A DNA stretch of 64,000 bases from Tubulanus polymorphus (lineage: Eukaryota > Animalia > Nemertea): contig NC_134025.1 in NCBI RefSeq assembly GCF_964204645.1, forward strand, positions 682,001 through 746,000, written 5' to 3'. The first letter of the stretch is position 1, and each line of letters opens with the position of its first letter. Below the pieces are notes generated by a model. It ran no database searches, was not told where the DNA came from, and saw only the letters and a program-made list of their open reading frames with translations. The position numbers and the translations under genes were made by a program. Below are positions 40,152 through 53,177 of this stretch, in pieces.

Positions 40152-43073
40152 ATGCCAGTATTAGCTATAGATAGGAGCACTCTATTGCAATTGTCTGTTT
40201 TACTGCTCGCTATACCAACACAATACCTCGTTACTCAGTATTGGTCATCAACTAAAGAACAGACCAAAAATGCCATTCAAAAGTAAGTTCCACAAATCTC
40301 GTTAAAAACAATCTCTGGGAATCCATACTAACTCGGTTGTAAGGGTTGTCCAATCAGAAGGCTAGTTTTATGATATATGATTGTGATAACTAACCACAGT
40401 CTGGTACTGACTACTTTGTAGGGGGTCAAGTGATTTCATTCATTACAATAGACTCCTGACCCTAATCGGGATCAGTGATTTTTGTTAGACATTCAGTTCT
40501 CAGATTTGTTTTTTTGAGTTGAGTGATAATGACTTAAAAATAGAAATAGCATTCAAACTATTTAAGATGAGGAGTCTCCGCTGTAGTTTGTTTATCTATT
40601 TCAAACGCAACAAATATCCATGGAAGTTTTTTTGATTTTGTTCACAGTTTAAAAGAGAGTTATTTATCTACGTGGAATTCATGGAAAGAATGGTGTCATC
40701 AACACATTTTCAGTCGATTTATCGATAGTGAAGAAGTTGAAATACACGAATCATCAAAACAAACTCCGACATCAGACATTTCTGAATCAACTCCAAAACA
40801 TCGAAATCCTAATGGATTTTTTGCTGGTATGAATAGTTTTCATTTGATTGGAAAAACAAGGGACAATTTTACAGAATTGAATCAGGACCCTGAAAAAGTT
40901 AAACACAAATTTTTTAAGCTATTTTGTAACTTCAACAATTCAACTAACATCATTTTGAACTTTAACTGTTTTCATTTAGGGAAACCGGGGGTCGTTTATT
41001 ATGCATGAAATGTTGATATTATATACTGTAGGTTCTTTGATACCGAGAAGTCCACGTTCTGCTCATATAAAATACAAAATCGGTCAAGTAATTCAGCACA
41101 AGAAATGGGGTTATCGAGGGGTTATCGTGGGCTGGGATGAAATTGCGTTGGTAAGCTTATTATATGTAGAACTTTGAGTTGAAAATCACAGAATCTTTTT
41201 TGAAGTAAAGTAGACTCGGATTGCCACGATAGGTCGCCGCACAGGAATTGGAGTTGGGAAAATTTGAATATTTTCTCATCCAGGGGGCCGGTTGCATAGT
41301 CATGGCTTAGACTTAAGATCGGTCTAAGACTATCTTAGACCTATAGCTAATCTAACAGCTTAAGACCAGTCTTAAGATTTAAGACCACTTTCGGACTTAA
41401 GTCTCGACTATAGAACCGGCTCCAGGACATGTGATGATCCGAGGCAATCGGCTCCACGGTAACCAGAGTCCCGGATAAAGCATTCTGCTCCCTGGTAACT
41501 GTATAATGGAGAATAATTCTGGTATAAGCACAATGTATCTGCATTCATTTCTATGATTTTCAACCAAAGTTCTATAAAACGTAAATGATTCGTGAATATT
41601 AAAGTTTGTTACGTAAACTGAATATTTTCAGCGTCGTCTATTCCACGGTCTCCTCGGCCTAAACATGTTAAATATCGTATTGGTCAGGTTATACAACATA
41701 AACTACTGGGTTATAAAGGGGTCATAGTTGGCTGGGATGAAACTGCAGTGGTAAGATTTCATCTGTATTTCGGGGTTTAATCAGTGTAGCTTTTACTCGT
41801 ATCTGGCTTTATCTACGGTAGAATAAATCCTGCAATTTCCCTGATTTCTCTTCTCTGGCAAGTGAGGTATTTTCCTTCGTTGTAGCTTTTATATTTGCGT
41901 TTATCGTAAAAAAGATTTTTTGAAATTAATATGAAGTGTGGAAATGTTCGTCCATTTCAACAGAAATTAATTTTCATCTAAAACTTGATATTTTGATTTT
42001 TAGGCCCCAGAATTTTGGTTATCTCGCAATCATCCTACAGATAAACCTGTAAGTTATATTTTACTGTCGATAGAATAAAATGTGCTACAAATAAAACGTT
42101 TAAGGATTTTGCCTCTTCTTGTAGCATTGGAGAAAACTACCAAATTATGCAATACTTGTTGATGTCAATGACAGACCTCAAGCTCAAACAACTTACGTGG
42201 TCGAGGAAAATATAGAAGTTGTAATGGATACCGAGGTTTGTATTCAATATGCTCATAAATAATGGAAGTTAAAACAATGGAAATGAACTTATTTTGGCTC
42301 TAAGTGTTAAACTTGACCAAGATCTGTGGAACTGGATCCAGATTGATAAAACTGATATTTTAGATCGATAAAACTGATATTTTAGATTGATAAAACTGAT
42401 ATTTTAAATCGATAAAACTGATATTTTAGAATGATAAAACTGATATTTTAGATCGATAAAACTGATATTTTAGATCGATAATCCATTGTTGAATGATTAT
42501 TTCACTGAGTTTGATGCTGTACAGTATATCCCTCAACTGTGGCTGCGTAAACTTTATCCACATGATTAAAATACCGGGTAACAATTAATTTATAAACCCA
42601 TAGTTGATTAGTCTCCTGATTTATTCTCTCTTCCTGATTAAGTGAAGGTTTTTAGAATCCGGATTTAAGATCATTCTTGTCCAAATACAGCATGTACCAA
42701 CTCACATTCCTGCCACTTTACCCTTAAGAATTCTAATTGAATGTTTTTTTAAATACATGTATATTAAGGTGTTCTGCCTTGCCTCGGAGCGCGGATTGTT
42801 GCAGTTTCCGTGTGAAAAAGTTTCCTTACTGAAATTCTTGTGTTCACGACTCATTGTTGTTTGACTGCTCTAGAGTTCATTTGCTGCCTCAGAAAACATT
42901 TTCTGGTCCCGCGAGATCCGAGGCAAGCGCGATGATCTTATATGAATATTAAGTTGACTGTTCATTGTATTTTATAGATTGACCATCCGTTTATAAACGA
43001 TTTCTTTGATGCGTTTGACGGGGCGCAATATTTGCCCAAAATGTGGTTGAAAGAACTTTATCCTCATGATTGA
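40152..43073 (+). CDS. YccV/HspQ-like (hemimethylated-DNA-binding-type) domain protein with N-terminal hydrophobic segment and duplicated alternative exons
   Basis: Exons 40152-40282, 40648-40826, [41032-41150 or 41632-41750], 42004-42048, 42125-42235, [42474-42569 or 42978-43073]. Motifs KY(K/R)IGQVIQHK..GY(R/K)GVIVGWD, PNYAILVD, TTYVVEENI, and F..FDG.QY.P..WL..LYPHD. Confidence 0.85.
41284..41423. mobile_element. PIF/Harbinger-like MITE between the two alternative exons
   Basis: Termini GGGGCCGGTTGCATAGTC...GACTATAGAACCGGCTCC with a possible CAG target duplication. Superfamily assignment is an inference. Confidence 0.6.
42339..42480 (+). repeat. 22-bp tandem repeat of a 3' splice site (6 copies)
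   Basis: Unit GATAAAACTGATATTTTAG|ATC. Confidence 0.9.
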
Positions 43074-43939
43074 ATAAACAGAGGATTTACATATTTGTTT
43101 AATTAGACTCAAATCTCTCTGAACAACTACAGCTCATCATTTCTTTATTTCACGAATTATTGGCACACAGTAAATTAATCATCTCATTGGATTTTAACCG
43201 GGCTAAAAAATGGCACTTACCAAAAAATTACGGATTAAATGAATATATGAATTATAGCCCATTATGGAATAAGTAGACTTTAAACTGTATTTGATATTTC
43301 CATTTCAAAGTCTTCCGAGTCAGTTTTTATCAGAGACTGAACCTGATTCTCACTGTTTCAATTGAAGTTCTAGTCTCATATCGTCATTGTTTGTTCATCT
43401 CAGCTAAGGAGGTTGAATATTATTTTTTTGTAAATAAAAAAGTACACGTTAAGTTCATTATTTAAAGATCTTGTTATTTTGTGTTAATTCTGGCGCCGTT
43501 GCTTTATTGGGCATTTTTTCGGATCGCTGCATAGAATACGGATCGGCATTGCGATTCTATCCTTTGAACTGACTGGATGTCTAGATGACCAGATACTGAG
43601 TTTACGGTCGGAGTACACGGAAGTAAGGCTTACGTATTTGTGTATGTGGAAATATATATGGAATCGAGGATTTACAGAGAGTGCTGATATCAGCGGAACT
43701 AGACTTTGATGACACGAATTAGTGACAAAAATGAAAATTCGTATTCATGTGAGAAGAAATCATAACAACAAAACTGATTGAATTAAATGATTAAAATTTA
43801 CGATCTTCATCGAAACTCGGAAAAATGCATCGAAGAAAAATCATGAGAAATCTTTTGAATGAATAATCGATCACCAAGGAGTATCCCCGATGCCATAGTC
43901 AACCAGTCAGAGTAAATTTAATCATTTTCTTTTATAAAT

Positions 43940-44188
43940 TTATTTAGAAGATAAAATCATTGTTCGAAGTTGATTTCTGAAGCGACGCCTTGAAGCGCAG
44001 TAAATATAGAAATTACAAGATGCTACGATCATTCGTATTAAATTCTGTATTTGATAAATATATGTCAATTTCTTATATTGACCTCCAAGGATACGAATAC
44101 TATTAACAATTGCTCCTCTCAATGAAAAAGCCCGTTTGACAAGAAAAACACCCGAAATGAGAACTAATGTCAGAGTTAAACTTCGGTC

Positions 44189-44251
<63 letters not shown>

Positions 44252-45070
44252 GCTGCTGTTAGAAGTTTGATTATTTGTAGACATTGTTTTTCTCGCTGCT
44301 CCTGCGCGTCTCAACGTGAAAATCAATCGGATAGTTATTACAACCATTATCACTGTAGGGATGAATTGTGTTAATGGAGCCCGAACAAATGTCGAATAAT
44401 ATCTCAGATAAATATTCTTAGCAAATGTTGTGTACTTCTGAGTCCATCTCTCGTGACCGGTGCATGGATTACGGGATCGACGAGTTTCGTACATAAACAT
44501 GCTTCTACCAGTTATCTCAGATGTAGAAATTACCACAACTAAAGTGACGTAGATGAAACTTCTCTTAACGGTTATAATTCTAACCGCTTTTAGAGGCCAA
44601 CAAACTGCGATATATCTGTCTATAGCTATAAGTAATGTTAATAGATCAGAGATGGTACCAAAAATGAATTTAAGATGTTGTGTATATGAATAAAGACGTT
44701 TCATATCGTGGTTGAATTTAGCGGTCATGTCCAGTAACAAGGTGTGGCTATAGAGATGATACTGAAACTCGATGACCACATAAGATAAGCACAGTAACAG
44801 ATCAGTAACAGCCAAACATCTCAAATAGAAAATACTCGTGTTAGTCGAACGTTCTTTAGTTAGAATTATAAAAGAAAACAAATTTGCAAAAACACCAGAA
44901 ACAGAAACACTAAAAATGATGTAAGTCATGATTCGTAGATAAAAGTTTTCATGAAAGGGTTTATAATCTGCATGATGAATGTATTTACACCGAGGATGAG
45001 GTTTAAACCCTTCTCTTTCCGTAGTGACAACTGATACATTGAAGTAAAACGTGACCGATGATGTATTCAT
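43940..45070 (-). CDS. Class A GPCR, FMRFamide-receptor-like, copy 3 (inverted, dispersed)
   Basis: Close paralog of copies 1 and 2, with a 23-Ser tract in intracellular loop 3. Confidence 0.9.
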
Positions 45071-45111
45071 TCTCGTAACATAAACGAAACTAAATGATCA
45101 ATGCAGTTAGG

Positions 45112-45159
<48 letters not shown>

Positions 45160-45419
45160 GTGATTCGATAACATTAAGAACTGATTCAGTGTTTGGACTA
45201 CTAGAACTCACAAGGAAAACAGAACCGGTGTGATATCTCTGAATTCCATATCCAATTAGTGTAAAGCCCGCGGCTGAATTTTAGCTGGCAGAGTTTTTTT
45301 TCCAACGTTTTTTTTGAACTTTTAATTGGGGAAAACGTAAAATATATAAACATTTAGATTTTATTTGAAAATGCTGATCTTCCAAATAATCAGAATCATC
45401 AATAATCCTAGGCCTTCCC

Positions 45420-45485
45420 CCAGATCGAACCTGGCAGACTCGCATTCGACTGTTGCGGCCTCTGACAGCTCGACCGCTGAGCTGT
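45420..45485 (-). mobile_element. tRNA-like SINE head remnant
   Basis: Minus strand AGCTCAGCGG...GGTTCGATC, with A-box-like and B-box-like motifs. Confidence 0.4.
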
Positions 45486-45534
45486 TGTGGAGGATATACG
45501 TAAGTTAGTCTGGTCAGTGTTTTATGACCATCAG

Positions 45535-45903
45535 CTATGGAGCCCGTTTGAAAAGAAAGAAACTTGAAATGAGAACTAATGTCAGAGTTAAACTTCGGTC
45601 ACTGCTGCTGCCGCTGCCGCCGCCGCTGCCGCCGCTGCAGTTAGAAGTTTGATTATTTGTAGACATTGTTTTTCTCGCTGCTCCTGCGCGTCTCAACGTG
45701 AAAATCAATCGGATAGTTATTACAACCATTATCACTGTTGGGATGAATAGTGTTAATGGAGCCCGAACAAATGTCGAATAATATCTCAGATAAATATTCT
45801 TACAAAATGTTGTGTACTTTTGACTCCATCTCTCGTGTCCGGTGCATGGATTACGGGATCGACGAGTTTCGTACATAAACATGCTTCTACCAGTTATCTC
45901 AGA
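45535..45903 (-). pseudogene. Truncated GPCR copy 4 (ECL2 to TM6 only)
   Basis: Near-identical to 44130-44522. It lacks TM1-4 and TM7 and is flanked by unrelated sequence. Confidence 0.85.
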
Positions 45904-47051
45904 TAATATATAAGAAACTTTGCACCATTATCAATAAATAACAACCGAACAAATAAAACCTATATATTCTGACAAATAATGAATGTATTATGTGTTAAGA
46001 AGTCATTTATGTTTTGGTCGTTCATTCATTCAGTTGTCCGAAGATTTATTAGACGAGCAATAAAATCATTGAAGTGAATTTTCTGAAAAAGCGCAAGTTA
46101 TTTTCGAAGCGTCACCTGCGAATTCATGAATAATGAAAAGCGATACTTGAATATTCATCAAACCATATCAACATAAGTTAAACCATACTTTATACGTCTT
46201 TATACCTTTAATAGGCAATCAATTCTTTGATATACAAAACAATAAATTATCCACACCTGCCTTTTTTTATAAAACTATTCAGAATTCTGACAATTCATTC
46301 ATTTAGAATTTAGATTAATTTCTACCTGCTCGATATATTTAACTATCGTCAATATTTAGAATTGGGCTGAACTCATTTATTTTCGGTAAGTTGTTTCAAA
46401 CGACACAAATATATATATATATATATATCCTAAATATTTGAACAGGGGGACAAACAATTACTATTTGAAATGTCTCCTCAAAACCAGCGGGAGATCAGTG
46501 ATATTCTCTGAGACTTTGTGTCGACGGTTGAGTCTAAACGGATCTCTGATCTCAAAAAGGTTGTGTATTTTTGTCGGATTTTTCGTTGATTAAGGATTAA
46601 AGGCTTGTATTAGTGAAGATATCTTGTGTCTGTCATTTTGAACGTACAAGGAGTGTGTAATTATTCCAGTTAGAACCGAGACGACTGTATAGCTTCACTC
46701 TGTAAACACTATAACACTTTAATAGTTTTTAATGTACTTGTTGGCCGATGATTTTAGGACATCGTAAATTGTCTGAATTTGACAAGATTCTTAAATCTAA
46801 ATCGTAAACATTCATTTGGATTTACTCGTAGCTTCAACATGGTTCGCTAACTCGCTGAATTACTGTTCAAGTTTTTATCAGACGAAGACACATTTCCACA
46901 ATCTGAAAATCGGATGTACAGAAATCCGCTTTTTTTCGTGGTACTTTTCGATCGATACTGGATTAATTCAGGTTCTAATGTGATGAGGAGTTTCGGAGGA
47001 GTTCATTATTGATTGAATTTATTGTCGGTAATAAATCAAACTACAGCGAAC

Positions 47052-47164
47052 ATGTTTAAGAAGGTTGCTATGAAGAAGTTGCAGTTGACACGTAGTGTCA
47101 TGATGGTTTCTGGGATGAAGGAAAAGATGAAGGCGGAGACGGCAAGATCGGATACAGATTCTGT
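47052..47164 (+). CDS. Alternative first exon V1 (MFKKVAMKKLQLTRSVMMVSGMKEKMKAETARSDTDS)
   Basis: ATG, 37 codons + 2 nt, then GT|GTAAGT (phase 2). Confidence 0.7.
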
Positions 47165-48691
47165 GTAAGTTTATCGTGTAGTTTATTTTACAGGTACTAA
47201 TATGTACTCAATAATTTGTCATCAGGTTTTTGAGTAGTAAAGTCATCTACTTATAACCTTTTGACTTTTCAGTATTGTCTTATGGTCAGTCACGTGTACC
47301 TAAGAAAAAGCTACAAAGTTAAGGTTTTTAGGTTTTTTATACCAATAATCTAAAACCGCTTGATAACAGTAATGATCGAATAAGTTTGAATGATTTCTAA
47401 TTTTTTTCAAACTTTATTTCTATTTTCATTTTTCAAATTTCTTAGTTTATGATATCACGGGTGATACCGCTGGTTAAAATGAGCTCGATGTCATTGTCAA
47501 TATAAAGTCCATAAATGATAGTTAGTTTTTAGTTTTTAACTAATATCGTTTTAACGACCAAAACACTAAAACCAGTTTTGTCATATATTTTGTTGTCAGA
47601 CTTTGTATTCTCACTCAGCGGGCTTCTCATTATTATTTTCCGTTTGAAACAGTTTTCACAATAAGCAGTCGTTATCATGTAATCTAATTTTAAAGCTACG
47701 CTGAATTTGAATAGCGATTTATAGATAATGTCGATTATAAATGAAAGCTTCCATACCATTGATATATATGGTTCTACCGCTGGTAAATATTAGTAATACC
47801 TCGTTATCTATATTTAAACTAAGACTGTAAATAAATAATAGAAATCGGTTTTATTTGCGTTGACAATTGACAAATATTTCTGTAACAACATGTGAAACGA
47901 ATAAGATATGTACTGTTGGATTTTCCCGAGGTGACATTCTGACAGATAATTGGTCCTTCAAACAACTGCCAATAAAATTTTATTTACTTAACCATGGAAA
48001 CATGTGAGGTTAATAGCCAGGACTCCCCACGCTAATTCAAACCCAGTGGTAGAACCCAGTGGTAGAACCAGCGGGTACAGTCCCAGTGGTAGATACGGAG
48101 TGTAAGGATATCCCCTCAGAGAGGCATTCAGACTGTGAGCTGAAAGATTTACGTTTTTTAAAGCCTATCAGTTACATATTGAAGATTATTTCCCCGATTA
48201 CACCTTTCTATCATATTTTCTTATCTTCCACTTTTGGAAATGGAAATTCCTTAGGAAGTTGGTGAAAAATTGTTGCTTGCCGGCTTATTCTTTAGTTCAC
48301 AGGTTAGGGTAAATTCTCTGCTGCAGGGCCGGGTTACAGGTAACCATGCTGACAGGTTACAGGTTCAGATTACATCGAAAACGCCGTTGCTATTTAAATT
48401 AATGAAATGTCAACACGATGTTTTACCATTTTATTCATCCTGTTTTTACGACTTGATCAGAGAGCAATAATTCATCATCAGACACGACATGAAACGATAT
48501 TAACATTAATAGTTTATTCCGGTTGTGGTTCATGGGTCTGTTCTGTTGAAGAGATGAATAGCAGCGTCAGCAACAGCAGCAGCAGCTACATCGATATAGA
48601 ACTGAAATTCTAGACGGGATCTTGAGGAACTTTTCGGTGACAAGTTTTTCGAAATGTGATTTTGAATGTATATGGAGTGTATTATAGTATA

Positions 48692-48771
48692 ATGGATGCA
48701 CTAGACCGTAGATTGTCGAGACCTTGTTCTCAGGATTTATTCAATACTTTTAGATCGAATACTACTTTAAG
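48692..48771 (+). CDS. Alternative first exon V2 (MDALDRRLSRPCSQDLFNTFRSNTTL)
   Basis: ATG, 26 codons + 2 nt, then AG|GTAAAT (phase 2). Confidence 0.6.
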
Positions 48772-48849
48772 GTAAATAATAGATTAACATCTTCATTATC
48801 ATTCTTCGCCTCTTCCTCACTATTATCTACTCTTATAGATATAGGTGAT

Positions 48850-49503
48850 AGGGAGAGGGAGAGGGAGAGGGAGGAGAGGGAGAGGGAGAGGGAGAGGGAG
48901 AGGGAGAGGGAGAGGGAGAGGGAGAGGGAGAGGGAGAGGGAGAGGGAGAGGGAGAGGGAGAGGGAGAGGGAGAGGGAGAGGGAGAGGGAGAGGGAGAGGG
49001 AGAGGGAGAGGGAGAGGGAGAGGGAGAGGGAGAGGGAGAGGGAGAGGGAGAGGGAGAGGGAGAGGGAGAGGGAGAGGGAGAGGGAGAGGGAGAGGGAGAG
49101 GGAGAGGGAGAGGGAGAGGGAGAGGGAGAGGGAGAGGGAGAGGGAGAGGGAGAGGGAGAGGGAGAGGGAGAGGGAGAGGGAGAGGGAGAGGGAGAGGGAG
49201 AGGGAGAGGGAGAGGGAGAGGGAGAGGGAGAGGGAGAGGGAGAGGGAGAGGGAGAGGGAGAGGGAGAGGGAGAGGGAGAGGGAGAGGGAGAGGGAGAGGG
49301 AGAGGGAGAGGGAGAGGGAGAGGGAGAGGGAGAGGGAGAGGGAGAGGGAGAGGGAGAGGGAGAGGGAGAGGGAGAGGGAGAGGGAGAGGGAGAGGGAGAG
49401 GGAGAGGGAGAGGGAGAGGGAGAGGGAGAGGGAGAGGGAGATAGGGAGAGGGAGAGGGAGAGGGAGAGGGAGATAGGGAGATAGGGAGATAGGGAGATAG
49501 GGA
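48850..49503. repeat. (GGGAGA)n microsatellite, ~100 copies
   Basis: Almost pure polypurine hexamer. It produces the spurious poly-GR ORF. Confidence 0.97.
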
Positions 49504-50141
49504 AATAGAGGGACTGGGACCGTACCGATATAAATATACGATATCTTCTATTGTTTAGAAATAGCCGAAGATCCCACTACACCCGTCCGCCGTCCACACC
49601 GATCTTTAGAATTTCTGATACAATTCGAGTTTCAAATGAATATATAATAATCTGGTGCTATTGTTTTATATGAAGTCGATTTGACTTGATAAATAAGTAA
49701 TTTCTAAATTCGTCGTATCTATTCGATTCGACCATATACATTTATACGGAGAGAGTCGTAGTCAACTAGAGACGCCATCATTAATCACTAACAGGAATAC
49801 AAAACGTACATTTTCATCTTATCGTGTTTTAATTAAGTCATTACTATCAAATTACACTAAATGGTATAAACTCACGTGGATGCAATGGAATACATGGATA
49901 AAATGGCATATAGAAATTAGGCGTGATGAGGTCATGTGGGAATTGGCAAATCAGCTGAAAGTCAAATCGAAAATTGGAGCCGTCTGTTGCTATAGTTTTA
50001 GGAAGCCTTCATTGCACCTTGTGGAAACTTTGCAGTGTCTAAAATCGTTTTGATAACTTTGCATTTGAAAATTAATTATCAACTTTATTTAATTGTATTG
50101 GTGCGGTTTTCAATGCGGTTTTACGTAATGTAATAATCATT

Positions 50142-50389
50142 ATGTCTCGGTCACAATCAATGATTGAAGTTCGTAAACAACAGAAAAAAGTCTTAATTGA
50201 TGAAAATAACGTCGTTCAAACGTCACCGCGTAACACGAGGTCCCGGAGTCGAACCTTCGCCGGGCTAGGCCATCAGGATCGCGCCCCTAGCGGAGGAATA
50301 TTGAAACATTCTGATAGTAATATATCTTTAAATCGTCATGATTTGAATTCAGCCGTAAAAAGAAAGGATTCAGTTTGTGGAGCAGTATC
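50142..50389 (+). CDS. Alternative first exon V3 (MSRSQSMIEVRKQQKK..KRKDSVCGAV)
   Basis: ATG, 82 codons + 2 nt, then TC|GTGAGT (phase 2). Confidence 0.75.
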
Positions 50390-51341
50390 GTGAGTAAATC
50401 ATTAGAAATAATTGAAGATTTAGAAATATTCGTGGAGGGAAATCTATTTAGAAAATTGGAAATTATCAAAATGTTTGAAGTTAAATCAATGTGGAATTAA
50501 ACAGAATGAATTTATCATTCAGAAAAAAATGTTTTAATGAGCAAAAGATTTTTGAAACGAAACCTTTGAAATGTTTGAAAAAAATATTAATTTTATAAAA
50601 TTCATAAAAAGATAATTTGAGTGCAGTAAAATTCTTGTGTCTTCATTTTGTATGAATGGATGAAATGAATGACGCAAAAACCTTGAAAACTGTAAAAACG
50701 ATTCTAATAGATTTATGTATTTTATTCGTTCATATTTCCCTGTTATACGAAACCAGTGTTAAAATGAATGTTCTATTATTTGTGATAGTTGTTCGCAGTA
50801 TTTCTGATTCAGTGTAACTATTAGAATTACACAATGAAACTTTAACCGTATGAATTTCCCCGATTCAAAAAGTGACAGTTATTTTCTCATAATTATTCAT
50901 CATGTCAGACGTTTTTTCTAAAACACATTTTTAATGTTTCTGTGTATAACGTTTTGTCCTATCATTCTCATATTCTGTTCGTATGGACGGGGATTATACG
51001 TAACACACTTTCATGTTTTCCAAATAGAAATCGAGACATAGTTTTCACAAAGTGATCGGTGTTTCGACACGTATAATAGGATTAGGGCAGATTGTAACAC
51101 TCGTGCCTAGCGCTTCAACGAATTTCATATAATTTCTACAAATAAACTTTAAATAGAAGATTTAATGACGGAATATTTACCGAAACACTTGACAATCGTT
51201 TTATAAGCTGCCGATTTCACATTGATTGATGGCGGAATTTTCTTATGACAAGAGTAAATAATCTATAGTGAACTCTCCGTGATTAGAGAACGTGTAGAGA
51301 GTGCTGGTGCTGGTGGGTGGTGTTTAGCACTGTGTACAGGT

Positions 51342-51499
51342 ATGGATCGTTTACGTAGAGTTAGTAGACCAACCGCTCCTGGTACTCCGAGAAAAACATC
51401 GAAATTTCAAAATTCGATTTCACTGCAAGAAAACGATTCTCCTTCTCCGTCTAGGAAAACTTCTAGATATCAGAGCCCCCTACCGGAGGCTGTAGATAG
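51342..51499 (+). CDS. Alternative first exon V4 (MDRLRRVSRPTAPGTPRKTS..PLPEAVD)
   Basis: ATG, 52 codons + 2 nt, then AG|GTGAGT (phase 2). Confidence 0.75.
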
Positions 51500-52826
51500 G
51501 TGAGTGTTGTTTTGTTTTCACCCAATGCATCAAATCCCCGCTCTCTGATGATGCGACCAGATGTGAGACAAATTTGAAAATCAGGCGCGTTAAGTTAGAA
51601 TCAGTTTATTTCAAATCATACAATTCAACATAACGGTAAAAGAACTGACCCTCTATACAGGACTGAGCACATTTGATTATATTACTTAATGATATAGTGA
51701 TTCTAAATCTAAAAGCCGTATTTCTTATATGAAATCTCGTATTATAGCGTGTCAAACACGTTGATCAACAAGAGAAAAATACAAAACTTTTTATAAAATA
51801 AATCTGTGGTTGTTGTGGGTTAAAACAGTGCTTTGAGTGGTAGTTTCCACAAGTGATAAAACTGATAAAACTGATAAGAGAACGAGGAACACGTAACCTA
51901 ACTGCGATAAAGCACGAATTAACACAAATTGATAAGAACAATATCTCGATCATCTTCTATTGAAAATCAAATACTAGATTGAAATCAGAAGTTACCGATA
52001 TAATCTAATATGTAATAGAATTACTGTTCAACAGAATATTTGAATTAATTTAACGGATCAAATTTTACGTATATTCGTTGTTTTCTGTCTGATCGTTGAA
52101 ACTACAATCATTGATGAAATACTCTCAAGTTTGTGTACAGTGACTATAATATATAATCCTACAACAAGAAATGAAATATATAGTCCGGAATGTTTCCTTG
52201 AGTTGAAATCGACGTTTTCGACGTTTCGACTATATCCTCTTCAGGAATACTGATTTCTGTGACAGTAGTTCTGAAGATGACTAGTAAACTATTGGATCAA
52301 GGAAACATTGCGAACTCTATTTCTTTCTTAGTCCGGGATTTTACATTATCCACGAAGTATATATCATTAGAACGTCTGACTGAAACGTCCATTTAACGAT
52401 ATTCAAATTTTACAGTTTTATATATAGTTTAAACACCGAATTTGTTTAAAGTATCTGAAATTTGTTGTCTCTCTTTACGGTGGTTTTATTTCCAAAACAT
52501 TTTTCTCGCGAAGAATTCTTTATCAAACGTTGATAAAACTGTTACCACCGATAAACAAAGAGTGAAGAGAAGCGTTTTATAGGTTTTTTGATAGGTTTAA
52601 TGCACAGATGACTGACCAGGCGTTCATTGGGGATTAATAGTTATACACCGACTTAGTAACCTATACATTAACATAATACGACAACAGTACTAGTGTCTTA
52701 CAGTACTGCGGGTATGTTTGTACTGTCTTGACTGGAGTTATTTCGATATTTTGGATAGAAAGAAATTGTTTGAAATTCTACATTTTTTTGGGATTATTTA
52801 ACGCGTGTGGTTTTTACGAGTTTGAG

Positions 52827-52909
52827 ATGGCAGCGGCGAAGAAAGGTCCAGTAGATAAAGGGAAGGGTGATTCACGTTCTTCTTCCTCAGCCGGTCGCCC
52901 TCAATCGAA
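52827..52909 (+). CDS. Alternative first exon V5 (MAAAKKGPVDKGKGDSRSSSSAGRPQS)
   Basis: GAGATGG start context, 27 codons + 2 nt, then AA|GTGAGT (phase 2). Confidence 0.75.
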
Positions 52910-53177
52910 GTGAGTTATATATTTGTAAACAAATAATTTCTGCTTACTGAAAAAAACAGAAGACTTGTTTTAATCATTGCTATCTTTGATTGAAATACTG
53001 TGTAAAAGCAATAATTGCACAGAGTGTAAAGTCGGTTTAATTATCGGTTTGGTCTGACAGTGTATTCCGATAGATGGCGTATTGGTTTAGAATGGTGTCA
53101 ATTTGTTATCGTGGACGTACTCAAAAATTTAGCTTCGACGATTGCCGAAGTAACACTAACCCTACTGACCGTCCCTA

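Noticed and set aside
48845-49444. Poly-GR protein ORF
   Set aside because: It is a (GGGAGA)n microsatellite with a non-ATG start and no exon boundaries.
53067-53080. CTCF-like site suggesting protocadherin-style promoter choice in the exon array
   Set aside because: Only one or two imperfect matches. I could see no motif repeated at each variable exon.
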